Shown here: piece after piece, positions 52,912-64,000 of the stretch
Numbering within the stretch: position 1 is the stretch's first letter
Layout of the letters: every line of letters begins with the position of its first letter
Assembly: GCF_006345805.1 (NCBI RefSeq)
Contig: NC_043008.1
Coordinates: 13,330,001-13,394,000, forward strand
Length of the DNA: 64,000 nt
Direction: 5' to 3'
From: Octopus sinensis
Lineage: Eukaryota
Translations under genes and position numbers: made by a program
Notes under the pieces: model-generated
Told to the model about the DNA's origin: nothing
The model's input: only the letters and a program-made list of their open reading frames with translations
Databases searched by the model: none

Positions 52912-53041
52912 ATTTATTCCCTTTAGCATGTAATAATGCTCCAAATTTAACAGGGGTAATTTCTGAATTAATTCCCTTTATTTATTCCCTTTAGCATGTA
53001 ATAATGCTCCAAATTTAACAGGGGTAATTTCTGAATTAATT
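52912..53041 (+). repeat. Perfect 62-bp tandem duplication (period 68)
   Basis: atttattccctttagcatgtaataatgctccaaatttaacaggggtaatttctgaattaatt occurs twice, separated by cccttt. Confidence 0.93.
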
Positions 53042-54195
53042 ATTCATATTCATATGATCGGTATTCTCTGCTGGACCCACAAAATGACAGAATTTAATCA
53101 GTTAAATTCAGAGATTAGGTATATAACATTACATAGACAGTTTAATCATGCTGGGTATATATATACGTTCACAAAGATATGTGTGTGAGTGCAAGTGTGC
53201 GTATGAGTGCTTGTATGTTATCTTCTGTTTTTAACTATCTAGATTCTTCATCTGAAGAAGCATCTGGTTTCTAACAAAGCCACAAAACTTCGTCGTTTAA
53301 ATGTAAATTAGAAAAAATGCAACTTAAACTTGAGAAAATTCTTGCACATTTCTACTGTTCCACTTACAGATTGTATTTCTAATGTTTGAATTGGTTTTTG
53401 TTTTGTGAAACCCAGGCCTATCCAGGTTGTCACTTAGGAATTTACTCACAAAACCAAGGGCACCAATTATTATTGGTATAAATATGAATTTATATTCTGG
53501 ACATAATTCTTGGAGTTTCCGAAGGAGTTGTCCATAGTTACCTTATGTTACATGTATGTATGTATGTATGTATGTATGTATGAATTTATATATGTATATA
53601 TGCATGCACGTAGGTATATGGGAGTTTTATGTGATGAAGTACAGTGTCCTCCATCAACGCGGGGATGAGATTGTGATCTCTACTGTAAAAATATGTGTAC
53701 ATTTTTTTACTCACGTTATCTTGTTTAGATTTATTAAAAGACGATATGATTGATTGATTCTAGCTTCAGCTCATGAGCTGTGGCCATGCTGGGGCACCGC
53801 CATTTATATTATGTTTTAGTTAAAAAGTGATTAGCGATTATAAATGAAAAAAGAACTCGGTATTAGAAGATGTGACGTTATGTAGAATGTGTATCCTCAT
53901 TCTACAAGAAGCAACCTGAGATGCTTAGCAAATCTTTGGAGGTTTTAATTATACGCATGTTTAAATAAAGGAGGCAGCGTGGGTATATTTGTAATGAGCA
54001 TGGAAGAAATTTAATAATGGTGCAACATGTCGCAAATAAGAAAGACAAGATAGACCGGGATACAACTGAACAGAAATGAATAAAGTGTGGTGAATAAAGA
54101 GAAAACTTCGAGGGACAAGCGGTTATTTTATGTGTATGTGATTTATTAATGAAGCGATATCTGCTGCATAATAAGTTATTAAAGAAATGAAATAT

Positions 54196-54559
54196 TATTT
54201 TCTACTCTAGGCACAAGACCCGAAATTATGGGGAAGGGGGCCAGTCGATTAGATCGACCTCGAAATTATGAAAGGCAAATTTGACATCAGTGGAATTTTA
54301 ACTCAGAATGTAAAGACATACGAAATACCTATTTCTTTACTACCTACAAGGAGCTAAACACAGAGAGGACAAACAAGGACAGACAAACGGATTAGGTCGA
54401 TTATATCGACCCCAAATGCGTAACTGGTACTGATTTAATCGATCCCAAAAGGATGAAGGGCAAAGTCGACCTCGCCGGAATTTGAACCCAAAACGTAGAC
54501 AGACGAAATACCGCTAAGCATTTTTCCCGGCGTGCTAACGTTTCTGCCAGCTCGCCGCC
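54196..54559 (-). mobile_element. SINE family B heterodimer (second unit has a different tail)
   Basis: Head at 54559 and junction cgaaatacctatttcttt at ~54321-54338. The second unit ends ...aatttcgggtcttgtgcctagagtagaaaataa. Confidence 0.9.
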
Positions 54560-56995
54560 TTAGAAGAGACGAAATATTGCAATTAGGCGACGAACATTGG
54601 AATGGGTACTTTAATGTATATTGTAAAGTAATCTTTGTCTTAAAATTCGTTGTCATTAGATGAATGATGGTCGTTTGAAGTAATGTGAACATATTAAAGA
54701 ATTTAGATTATCTAGGACATTGGTCTCTAACTTGTGCGATTGCATGTACAATGAGGTGAAATATAAGGGAAAATATAAAGCGGAATAAAGTGAAGTTGAG
54801 CGTAATTGAAATTGTACATATGGTGTGTATCGCAGTAGGTAGAACGTGCGGAGGTGTGCATGGCTGCGTGCACGCGTGTATGTGTGTGTGTGTAAGTGTG
54901 TTGCTACCAGGAAATAATAGTGATGATATATGTAGTCTACGCTAGCATGAGCAGTGGATGGCTTCCTCTCATGCATGTGCATTAGATTTCAATTACTTTT
55001 AATGAGTTTTGGTTATAAAAAAAAACATATTCTGTTTTGCCTCTTGAGTGGAAGACAATTATTTCGTAGATTTTTAAAAATCTCTGCAATGTGTACTCCC
55101 CTCCATTGTAAAATTCAGTTGGAGTGAGTATATTGCAATTCAGAATGTACCATGTGTTATTGGATTCGATGCTTAAGATGTGTTTTTTTGGAGAGGCATT
55201 TACATGGAGTTATGGCACAAATAAATTGTGCGATAGTTTTCTCTAGTTCGTGCTGAATTGATAGTGTAGATTTTATTACGTTATATAATGGCGTCGGCTA
55301 TTATGAGTCGCATGAAGAGAGTTTAGTAATTTTCTATTTGTCTTAGGTGGGTGTGTGAGATTTCTAAATTTTCCAAAACAATGTATTGGCTACCAGTAAA
55401 AGTTCTAGAATCTTTTAAGCAATGGATCGTAGATAGGTTGAGATGAGAAATATTTCTTACGATGGAAATGTGTGTGTGTGTCTATGTGTTACTTTTGCAA
55501 ATTATAGACTTTATAATATAGTACACCTGCAAATATTTGCTTTTCCATTCTTATAATTCATTATTCAATATGGAGAATTGCTGTAACCTACGATTACGAG
55601 ATCATTATCCCGTTACAGGCCCACCAAAAGGAAAAAAAAATTGCCTCATTTCAGGCTGGAGAGTAAAAAAGTTAATACTGTGTTGGTCACCAATGAGGAA
55701 CCGCTTTCAGTGTATTGATATCGAACGGAATGCAAAAAGATTGCTTTTGGTCATATGGTGCTGTTATAAGTAATGATTGAATTCGCGGCTGGTATTTCTA
55801 TGTCAATTCTCACTTCGCTGATTTCTGAGTGATGGATTGGAAGCCGTCGTAAGATTTCATCACAAATAGTTTCCTAATTAAGACTTGATAGTATATTTTG
55901 ATACGTTTATCAAATTATACGAGCTAGGGTTTCTCTGTGTCAAAAAGCGATTTACTGTAAGTGGATATTGATAAGCTAGCTACTTATATCAAAATTAGTG
56001 AAAATGGGAATACTTTCGATTTATGTATACTTAGACTAAAACAATCCTGCATACACCTACAATCCGAAGTTTAAGATAAATTGCAGCTAACAAATAAAAG
56101 GAGGCAGTTTGATTGAATATAAATAGTTTGAATATAATAGTCTGAATCCAAGAGTAAGCGACCTTCTGCAATAGAGTTCGCATGATAAACATAGCATTAT
56201 GGAACCTACTTATGATCATTCTTTACGACAAATACTGATTGATAATTTGTATTAATTATATTACAGCTTAATTTCATTATAAATTTAAAGCACATTCACA
56301 AGGCAGTAATATAATTCTTGAGCAAAATATATATTTAAAGAACAACATAATGAAAAATTAATGACACTCTAATAACGAATGCAAAGGAGCTTATAGAAGC
56401 CAATTAAATTTTATAGCTGTCTTTCAATCGCAGATCTCCTTTTTAATAACATTATTTAGTGAGAGAGTACTTTTATGGACATCAGGTGGGAGATATTATT
56501 TTACATATAATTGTAGTTAATAGAGTCGTGTAATTATTCAAAATGCGTGTGAATTCAATGTCAGAGAGGACAGAAAGGGTGGTTCTGCAGAACAAAATAT
56601 TTAGTACATATACAATTTCTCACAGATGTATTATTTGAGAAATTAATATTTCAGTAGGTTCATAGATATTTAGGTACACAATATCGAAAACAAATGATGT
56701 GAAGCGTGTAAATCTAAGATTGATGAGTTGGTCACGCGTAATATAGAACAAATCATGCGTTCAACTAAAAGGTATTCCCTTCTGAATCCAAGAGTGAGAT
56801 TCGGTTACAAATACTTAATCATGATAGCAAACACAGCTGATGGAAATGCAACTAATGTTATTTCTCATATTACGAAACATTAAACACGAATATCCTGAGA
56901 AGCAGAAAGCTACTTTTTTTCCATCTGATGGCAAAGCAAAGTCAGATATGTTGAAAACGTCATTCGTGTCATTCGACCTGTAAAGCAATCATAGA

Positions 56996-57008
56996 TGTAT
57001 GTATATAT

Positions 57009-57054
<46 letters not shown>

Positions 57055-57063
57055 ATATATATA

Positions 57064-57113
<50 letters not shown>

Positions 57114-57146
57114 TAATATATATATTATATATATATATATATATTA

Positions 57147-57231
<85 letters not shown>

Positions 57232-57440
57232 TTATATATATATATATGTATATATCTATTATATATATATGTATATATCTATATATATATATATCTATCT
57301 ATATATATATGTATATATATATATGTATGTATCTAAATATATATGTATATATCTATCTATATATGTATATATCTATATATATATGTATATATCTACATAT
57401 ATATATATGTGTGTGTGTGTGTGTGTATGTATGTATATAT
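56996..57440. repeat. Long interrupted (TA)n microsatellite
   Basis: Visible directly in the sequence. Confidence 0.95.
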
Positions 57441-57509
57441 GAACATTTATGGGTGTGTATATCTGTATCCAAGTATGTATGATACCGTGCCTATGATATA
57501 TACAAATAT

Positions 57510-58090
57510 ACAGCGTGCGATGGGTAAATTGTCACCATTTGACGTTTTTAATTTAGAGTAAGCGCTTTGTTTGTTTTTGATTTTGTCGACTACACAGTAT
57601 AGTACGGTAAGTTGGGCACCGTCTGCAAGCAAAACAGTACCATGACGCAATTCACTCTGCCAGCAATTTGGAAGCCACATGCTGTACTGCTTGGCTTTCG
57701 TCCCGGAAGCTTCAATACGAACACTTCAAAATTTGTTTTTTAGTTGTCAATCTGAAGAAGGCGCAATCTGAAAACATGTACCGAGAGTGATAAAAGTCAA
57801 ACTTCAAATCAATATCATGGTATTTGGAGTGATCACTAGTGATGTCGATGTTATGTCTACATTCGTCTTCTCACATGGCCTCAAATTGGCCCGGAGGAGG
57901 TAGCGCAGGCCTGGATCAAAATGGTGGCTGATGGAAGACCCTATGTCTGACAACAGGACTCTCAACCACGTCACATAAGCAGGAGGACCCAGTCATAGCT
58001 GACAGACAATTTCTGTGAACACATCAACCCTGACATCTGGCCACCTGATTCCCCAGACTGCGACCCCATTGATTATTATATGTTGAAAAT
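57510..58090 (+). mobile_element. Tc1/mariner DD37D (maT-type) transposon relic
   Basis: IMVFGVITSD...AWIKMVADGRPYV*QQDSQPRHISRRTQS*LTDNFCEHINPDIWPPDSPDCDPIDYY has 37 residues between the second and third catalytic D. The left end ta-cagcgtgcgatggg is TIR-like. Confidence 0.88.
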
Positions 58091-58125
58091 GCCATTCTTG
58101 TCATTCAATCTGTAAAACAATCATG

Positions 58126-58208
<83 letters not shown>

Positions 58209-58211
<3 letters not shown>

Positions 58212-59180
58212 CAAGGAAAACTAATGCAAAACACGATCAAAACAAAGTACTGTTTTCTGTATTTTAGGAACCTGAGAAATAAAAAAAGGACTTCATAGTA
58301 CCTAACAACTATGAAGAAAGAGAGGAAACAACAAAAACTGTAAAACAACTGAAATCCAATCTAAACTTGAAACAGGAACGTGTAATAACACGATGGCAAA
58401 AATAGCCCTTACATGGTAAGTATTAGGTTAAGCTAAACAGAAAAGAAATAAACAAAGCAAAATTCCATCAATGGCTGAGAAGCTCAGGACTCAAAGTAGG
58501 GACTGAAGGATTTAATTGCAGCACAAGTTCAAAGGCTTCCCACTAGGAATCACGAAAAACATATAATGGAAAGAAATATAAGTGACTGCAGAATATGTGG
58601 TGATGGAGAAGAAACAATAACTTTTCTGGCTGCCCAGTCCTGGTTTAGAAGGAATATATTCACAGACATGACAGAGTTGGGACCAATATACACTGAAATA
58701 TGTGCCAACACTATGGAATAACAACATAAAAAAAGATGGAATAGACATTCCAGATAACGTCATAGAAAATTATAGAGAAACAATACTCTGGGATATGCCA
58801 ATGCATACAGGTAGCGAAATTAAGGCTAATAAGCTGGATATAATTGTCAGAGATTCCAAGGAAAAATGCTTTCTAATCGATGTATCAATACCAACAGACA
58901 ACAAGGTTTCTGTAAAAGAAACGGAGAAACTTTCAAAATATAAAGATCTGGAAATAGAGGTAGCTCGAACGTGGATCCTAAAAACAGAAACAATTCCTAT
59001 CATAGTTGATGCATTAGGTATGATAAAAAATATTCAGACAAGACACCAGATATTACAAGTATAGAGAACTTACAATACAGTGAAAATAAGAGCACCACAA
59101 TAAATCACAGTACATACCCAAGAGATACAGAGCTGCGCTTGATAATACAGTGAAAGCACGTGATAAAAATAAGATTTCTT
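58209..59180 (+). mobile_element. R4/Dong-clade (RLE) LINE 3' portion, degenerate
   Basis: LHGKY...HQWLRSSGLK..TEG..IAAQ.Q.LPTRN, a CCHC knuckle (CRICGDGEETI...SGCPVL), YIHRHDRV, and ILWDMP...ANKLDIIV...CFLIDVSIP...KETEKLSKYKDLEIEV. Same family as 25316-25696. Confidence 0.93.
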
Positions 59181-59312
59181 AATAATAGTGATGATGATAA
59201 CACACGGAGCTCTGGCAGGTGATGCAGCAGAAATTTGCCTCAATTTACTAAATATTGAACAGTTATACAATAATTATAATAATAATGATAATAATATTAA
59301 TAATAATAATTC

Positions 59313-59495
59313 TGTGAGCTGGCAGAATCGTTAGAATCTTTAGTCGCATTTCATCTATTTTTTACGTTCTGAGATCATATTCTCTCGCGGTCGACCTTTC
59401 GTCCTTTCGGAGGGGATAAAATAAGTACTTTTTAAGCGCTGCTGTGATGTAATCGACTTACACCTTCCTAGCTTTGCACCAAAATCTGAAACCAC
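59313..59495 (+). mobile_element. Degenerate SINE family B-related copy
   Basis: gtgagctggcagaatcgttag...acgttctgag...ggtcgacctttcgtcctttcgg...gataaaataagtac...gatgtaatcgactta. Confidence 0.8.
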
Positions 59496-59532
59496 CATTA
59501 CTACTACTACCACTAATAATAATAATAATAAA

Positions 59533-60087
59533 TGCCCTGATGCAGTACCAGGCAGTGGCTCTCATGGCTGCTGATCTTAACTGATTGGAAGTGTTATCAC
59601 GTACATTGTTTTGTCTTGGTATAAAAGATGGGCTACAGCAAATATTCTGCTCAATACCACAGATTTACTTGTCACTTGTTTGACCTTAACCAGTTGAGCA
59701 TGTCCCTTGGTAGCCGACGATATGTACATCTCTGATCATGAGCAGAAGTAGTGGGGGAGCATCATAGCCGTATGCTGAAAGGAATTTTTAGAGGTTTGGT
59801 TCATTCACTTTTGGAAACATGGGTGGTTCGTTCAACATCCTTAAGCAATCCTTATTCAAGGACCTTTTGAGTGGGATGGGCTAGTCGACCACAAGAAAAT
59901 TCTAACTGGGCCCCACCTGCAAGGTCATGCACTGTTTATCTTGATATGAGATCAGCATGTTGCGCACATATGGTTGTGATGCATGTGCCCGGTGTACCCT
60001 TATCAGACGGATAGTCATGATGGGTATATTGGGCTTCGTATATTTTACCCCAGTGTCACTTTGATGGCATGCACTGCTCTCTCACTC
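59533..60087. mobile_element. ~555-bp non-coding element inserted in (TAA)n, probably Dong/R4-related
   Basis: GC-richer island bounded by (TAA)n on both sides, as are the Dong copies. No recognisable ORF. The class assignment is inference. Confidence 0.5.
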
Positions 60088-60111
60088 AATAATGATAATA
60101 ATAATAATAAT

Positions 60112-60161
<50 letters not shown>

Positions 60162-61429
60162 TAATAATAATACTGCTTCTACTGCAGCTGCTTTTGTCGA
60201 TATTGCTTTTTGGAATCGTTCATCTTGGATTTATACGAACGCTCACTACGAAAGCACTGCCCAGCTTTTTCGTAAAGGAGTAACCGTTACACTTACTGAA
60301 TACATTGTCGATTGTATACTACTTTCCAATAATGCAAGGGTCGATTTTGCTTCTTATGATGCAAATATCAGTCTTTCATATACTAATAGCAATATATTGT
60401 ATTTGATTCTATCGACAACATCTGCATATGCTTTATACGAGATGGCTGTCTGCTTACGCAAGATAAATAATCATATTTATTTCACCTACACATATTTTCC
60501 GAGAAGAAACATCGATGTAAATTTGAATGAGAATTAAATCCACGATAAACAGTCAACATAGAGTGAAGAATGTTCTCGTAGAATATTAGATTTTCTAATA
60601 TTCGGTTCTAATACTTGCAATTCTTGGATAAACATGACATTCCAATACATTATTTTTCATGTGTAACCTTTATGTTTAACATTCCTTTCTTGTATTTATC
60701 TTATATCAAAGCTCAAGAGCTTTCCAAAGTACGAGGCTAAGTTATCTGCAGTGAATTAATATGTCTGAGTTTAGCTTTCAACATTCCTAATCTCCTGCAA
60801 AACAAACTAAAATACAGAATTTACCCTATTATCAACTGAATTTCTTTTAATGTCATGAGGTAGCCTACTTGTCATCGTAGCTGCTTAATGCATTTACATT
60901 TTCTAAGCAATGAGTAACGCCACAATCCACCGTCACTCAAGGGAAATGAATTTGATTTTTTTCCACGTCGTAATGCGTTCTGATTTAAAAGGAAGTTTTA
61001 GCAGAGTTTCTGTAAAGCAGTTCATTTGTTATTAAACAGTTTTCTACCATGAAAGCACAATAAAGTTATGACAAATTGCATAGGAATTGGTTAATCGAAA
61101 TTGAATCGCTTCTTTGCTGATGTTTTAGTGCATTTTATGCAGTTTTGATGGTAGTGTACATATGACATTATAAAATAAAAGTCAATGTTTCGAATTCAAC
61201 ACTTCTCTATAACCAAATGATTAATAACATGTATACGAACTATAAAATTATGTATATGTAAATACAAACAATGGTGGAATTGATACATTAAATGTTCCGT
61301 ATAGGGATTATCACCTGTTTTCGGACTTAAAAATATAATATGATGTACATGCACTTACAAGTGATACACCTTCTGATCTTATTCTTTTAAACAGGGAATA
61401 TTTGTCAAGTTTAAAAAAAAAATTTTATG

Positions 61430-61729
61430 TACCTTTTTCAAGCCTACTCAGGCTCATGGACCCCGTTTCCCGGTTTCTTTGGCGTATGTGTTCCCCCCAG
61501 CTGGGCGGGACACCAGTCATTCGCAGCGTCACTCAAGAAACAGGAAGAAAGAGTGAGAGATAGTTGGGGTGAGAGAGTACAACAGGGGTTGTCACCAGCC
61601 CCTGCCGGAGCCTCGTGGAGCTTTAGGTGTTTTCGCTCAATTAATACACACAACGCCCGGTCTGGGAATCGAAACCGCGATCCTCCGTCCACGATTCCGT
61701 TGCCCTAACTGCTCGGCCATTGCGCCTCC
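61430..61729 (-). mobile_element. tRNA-derived SINE family C, full length
   Basis: Minus-strand head ggaggcgcaatggccgagcagttagggc (A box) ... ggtttcgattccc (B box). The 3' end matches 1474-1605. Confidence 0.9.
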
Positions 61730-61846
61730 ATATGTCATGTAGTTTATAAATTTAAAACAATGAGCACATTTTATCATATTGAATTAAAGAAATAATTGCC
61801 ATAAGGACTAATCTATGCCTAAAAGAGGAAGATAACTTGGGATTAC

Positions 61847-62164
61847 CTGATAGGTAGCCGAATTTCAAAGATCTTATCTTTGAAAAGTGCCCTTGTTGGG
61901 TTTGCTGTTTTTCTAAATAGCGTCACTAAAACAAAAACGAGTTCCTCAACAGGTAGGTTCTTTTCGGAACCAGAAAATTCTTTAACCTTCTGCACTCTTA
62001 TGATTCTACAAAAGTTAGGCGTAACCCAAAATGACGAAATTGCGCATATCTCTCCTCCACTTATCACGAATATCTTCCTCTCTATCCCAAGCCCCACATT
62101 TGGCACAACAGCCGTAGCATCGTCTCCTTTTTCAATCCGATCTCCGCAGTTATTTTTCTTGCAA
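61847..62164 (-). CDS. Candidate internal coding exon, product unknown
   Basis: Non-repetitive open frame CKKNNCGDRIEKGDDATAVVPNVGLGIERKIFV...EELVFVLVTLFRK...KDKIFEIRLPI ending at the donor cag|gtaatc. The acceptor caatag| gives a 318-nt phase 2-2 exon. A stronger acceptor (ttcttacag|g, exon start 62223) would include stops in all frames. Confidence 0.3.
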
Positions 62165-64000
62165 CTATTGATTTGAAGTCGCGTAAGGAAAAGGGTTAAC
62201 CGAATTGATTACAATATATACACCTGTAAGAAAGTTATTTCCATTGGACCAATCAATAAAAATACCCAGATTAGTTCAGCTACAGTGGCCAATATCACAT
62301 AATCCACTATCAGTTTTTATCAAATACATCGACATATTTCAGTAAATTTCTAGCGATCATATGGTTCTCAATAACATGATGATAACTTTTAAGAGAATCC
62401 TACAACGAAAGTAGAATTCATTTAATATATATTCACCTATGAATAGATATGATATATATCAACATAAGTGAGACAAAACCTAAGTGTAAACGAAACATAA
62501 GCAACCAGAAAAATGTATCTCAAATATTAAGATTTCTTTCTTTCGCATGATATTACATTCTGGCATTCAATATGATGAATCTATTGTAATTTCGCCGATC
62601 GTTTGATAGATGTATATACTTACATAACAAAAAAATATATCACCCAAATTTCAAGATATAATAACATAGAGTTAAATACATGGGCAACGTTTTTTTTACG
62701 CACAATTTATAGAGATGTATAATATTACTATAAATCTGATATTTATTTTATTATTGGCTTGTTTCTGTTTAATTTTTTTTATTATTTCCAATACGGAATT
62801 TTCTCGGCATATTCAGATATATTTGATATCCCGTTTGGTTAAGTCGATTATTCAGAATAACACATTTTCATTGCTAACTATTATATTCACCTATTAATTT
62901 CAAGTAATATCATGTTTTGATCGAAGTATGAGGCTTTAGATTTTGCTTGCCTGTCTTATATATTCTGGAAGTAAAATTGATATAGCAAGCGCAGCAAAAA
63001 GAAAAATAAATAATAATCATATACAGTACATTAACTGTAATCTTATTCAACTGTTAGTGGAAAAACAGGAAACGTCTGATAGTAGTTGAAATTGGCCTAA
63101 GGACTACGATGAGGTCAATGTGTAAATAATCTTTGGATTGATCTAATGTTTCTTACGACTGTAACTACATCAGAGAGCTGCTTACATATATCTCGAGGAA
63201 CAAAACGTAAGGATGTTTAGGAAATCGATATTGTTACAAGGCTCTGCAATAATCGATAACGATTCAATAAATTCAAGTGATAGTTGATGTGAGTAACGCT
63301 CTAGATATCAAGTGATATTTAACGTTAACTAGCCTCTGGATAACAACTTATATTAAATTATTATCCTCTCATAATCATCTTTTGTTATATGATTAATCTA
63401 TCACAGAACATTACTGGTATTCAATTTATTACCATCAGCCTTTCTTGAAATTGAAAGTAATGAAGTTTATATTACCAAATTTTCATTCCTCCTTTACTAT
63501 TCCTTCCATCATATTTAATATAGTATTATTGATTTTAGATTTAACAAGGTGCAAGTCCAATATTTGCAGTCAAGCAGTATCTTAATCGACTCATTCCATC
63601 TTTCCCACTATATTAAGGGTGCTCATTATATTTAGGGCAGTTAAATGTAAGAACAATAAATTCATCTTACACCAATATTTGGTAACCGATCGTAGTCGTA
63701 GGAAATTAATACTCTCCAATAATATACGATTTCTCTATAATCTCATCGCGGTTTACTCTGATCTATTATAGAATTTCTTCTATGTAGAACAGAGATTCGG
63801 CAGAATAGTAAATCTAACGTAATGGTTTATATCATTTAGTTGTAACAATCCACTTTCTCGTTTCGATTCTAGCTGACATGGTCATATATTTTACTCGCGT
63901 CATTTCATCGATTAAATTAGTAGCTGTCCAGAATTCGGGTCAATTTGATCGTCTAAAATATTCCTCCAAATTCTGTAGCCCTATGCCTATATCGGAAATC

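Noticed and set aside
57745-57785. CTGAAGA..GAAA motif
   Set aside because: It lies inside the maT transposase remnant and has no stem I.
59983-60537. 184-aa ORF
   Set aside because: It is a chimera of a repeat end, poly-N from (AAT)n and low-complexity T-periodic sequence, with no domain recognised.

Overview
AT-rich (roughly one-third GC by eye) eukaryotic non-coding DNA, intergenic or deep intronic. The SINE and microsatellite content matches what I recall of Octopus (coleoid cephalopod) genomes; that assignment is inference. No intact, recognisable protein-coding gene is present, and most ORFs in the track are microsatellite artefacts. The window is a mosaic of (TA)n/(CA)n/(TAA)n microsatellites, three tRNA-derived SINE families, LINE fragments (RTE/BovB-like, RTE, Tx1/L1, R4/Dong), Tc1/mariner relics including a DD37D maT copy, MITEs, and several long foldbacks. 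The strongest signal is RNA-structural. A complete canonical type I hammerhead ribozyme lies on the minus strand at about 40364-40437, inside a ~300 bp non-coding element inserted in (TA)n. At least two near-intact minimal hammerheads with non-canonical cores (3809-3864, 14890-14939) and several relics also occur, usually next to inverted repeats or microsatellites. This points to a diverse set of Penelope-like or retrozyme-type elements. Also present are SINE head-to-tail concatemers that share one junction at three loci, a decayed EGF-repeat (MEGF-like) gene fragment, and a few unassigned exon candidates. All calls were made by eye, and repeat boundaries are approximate.
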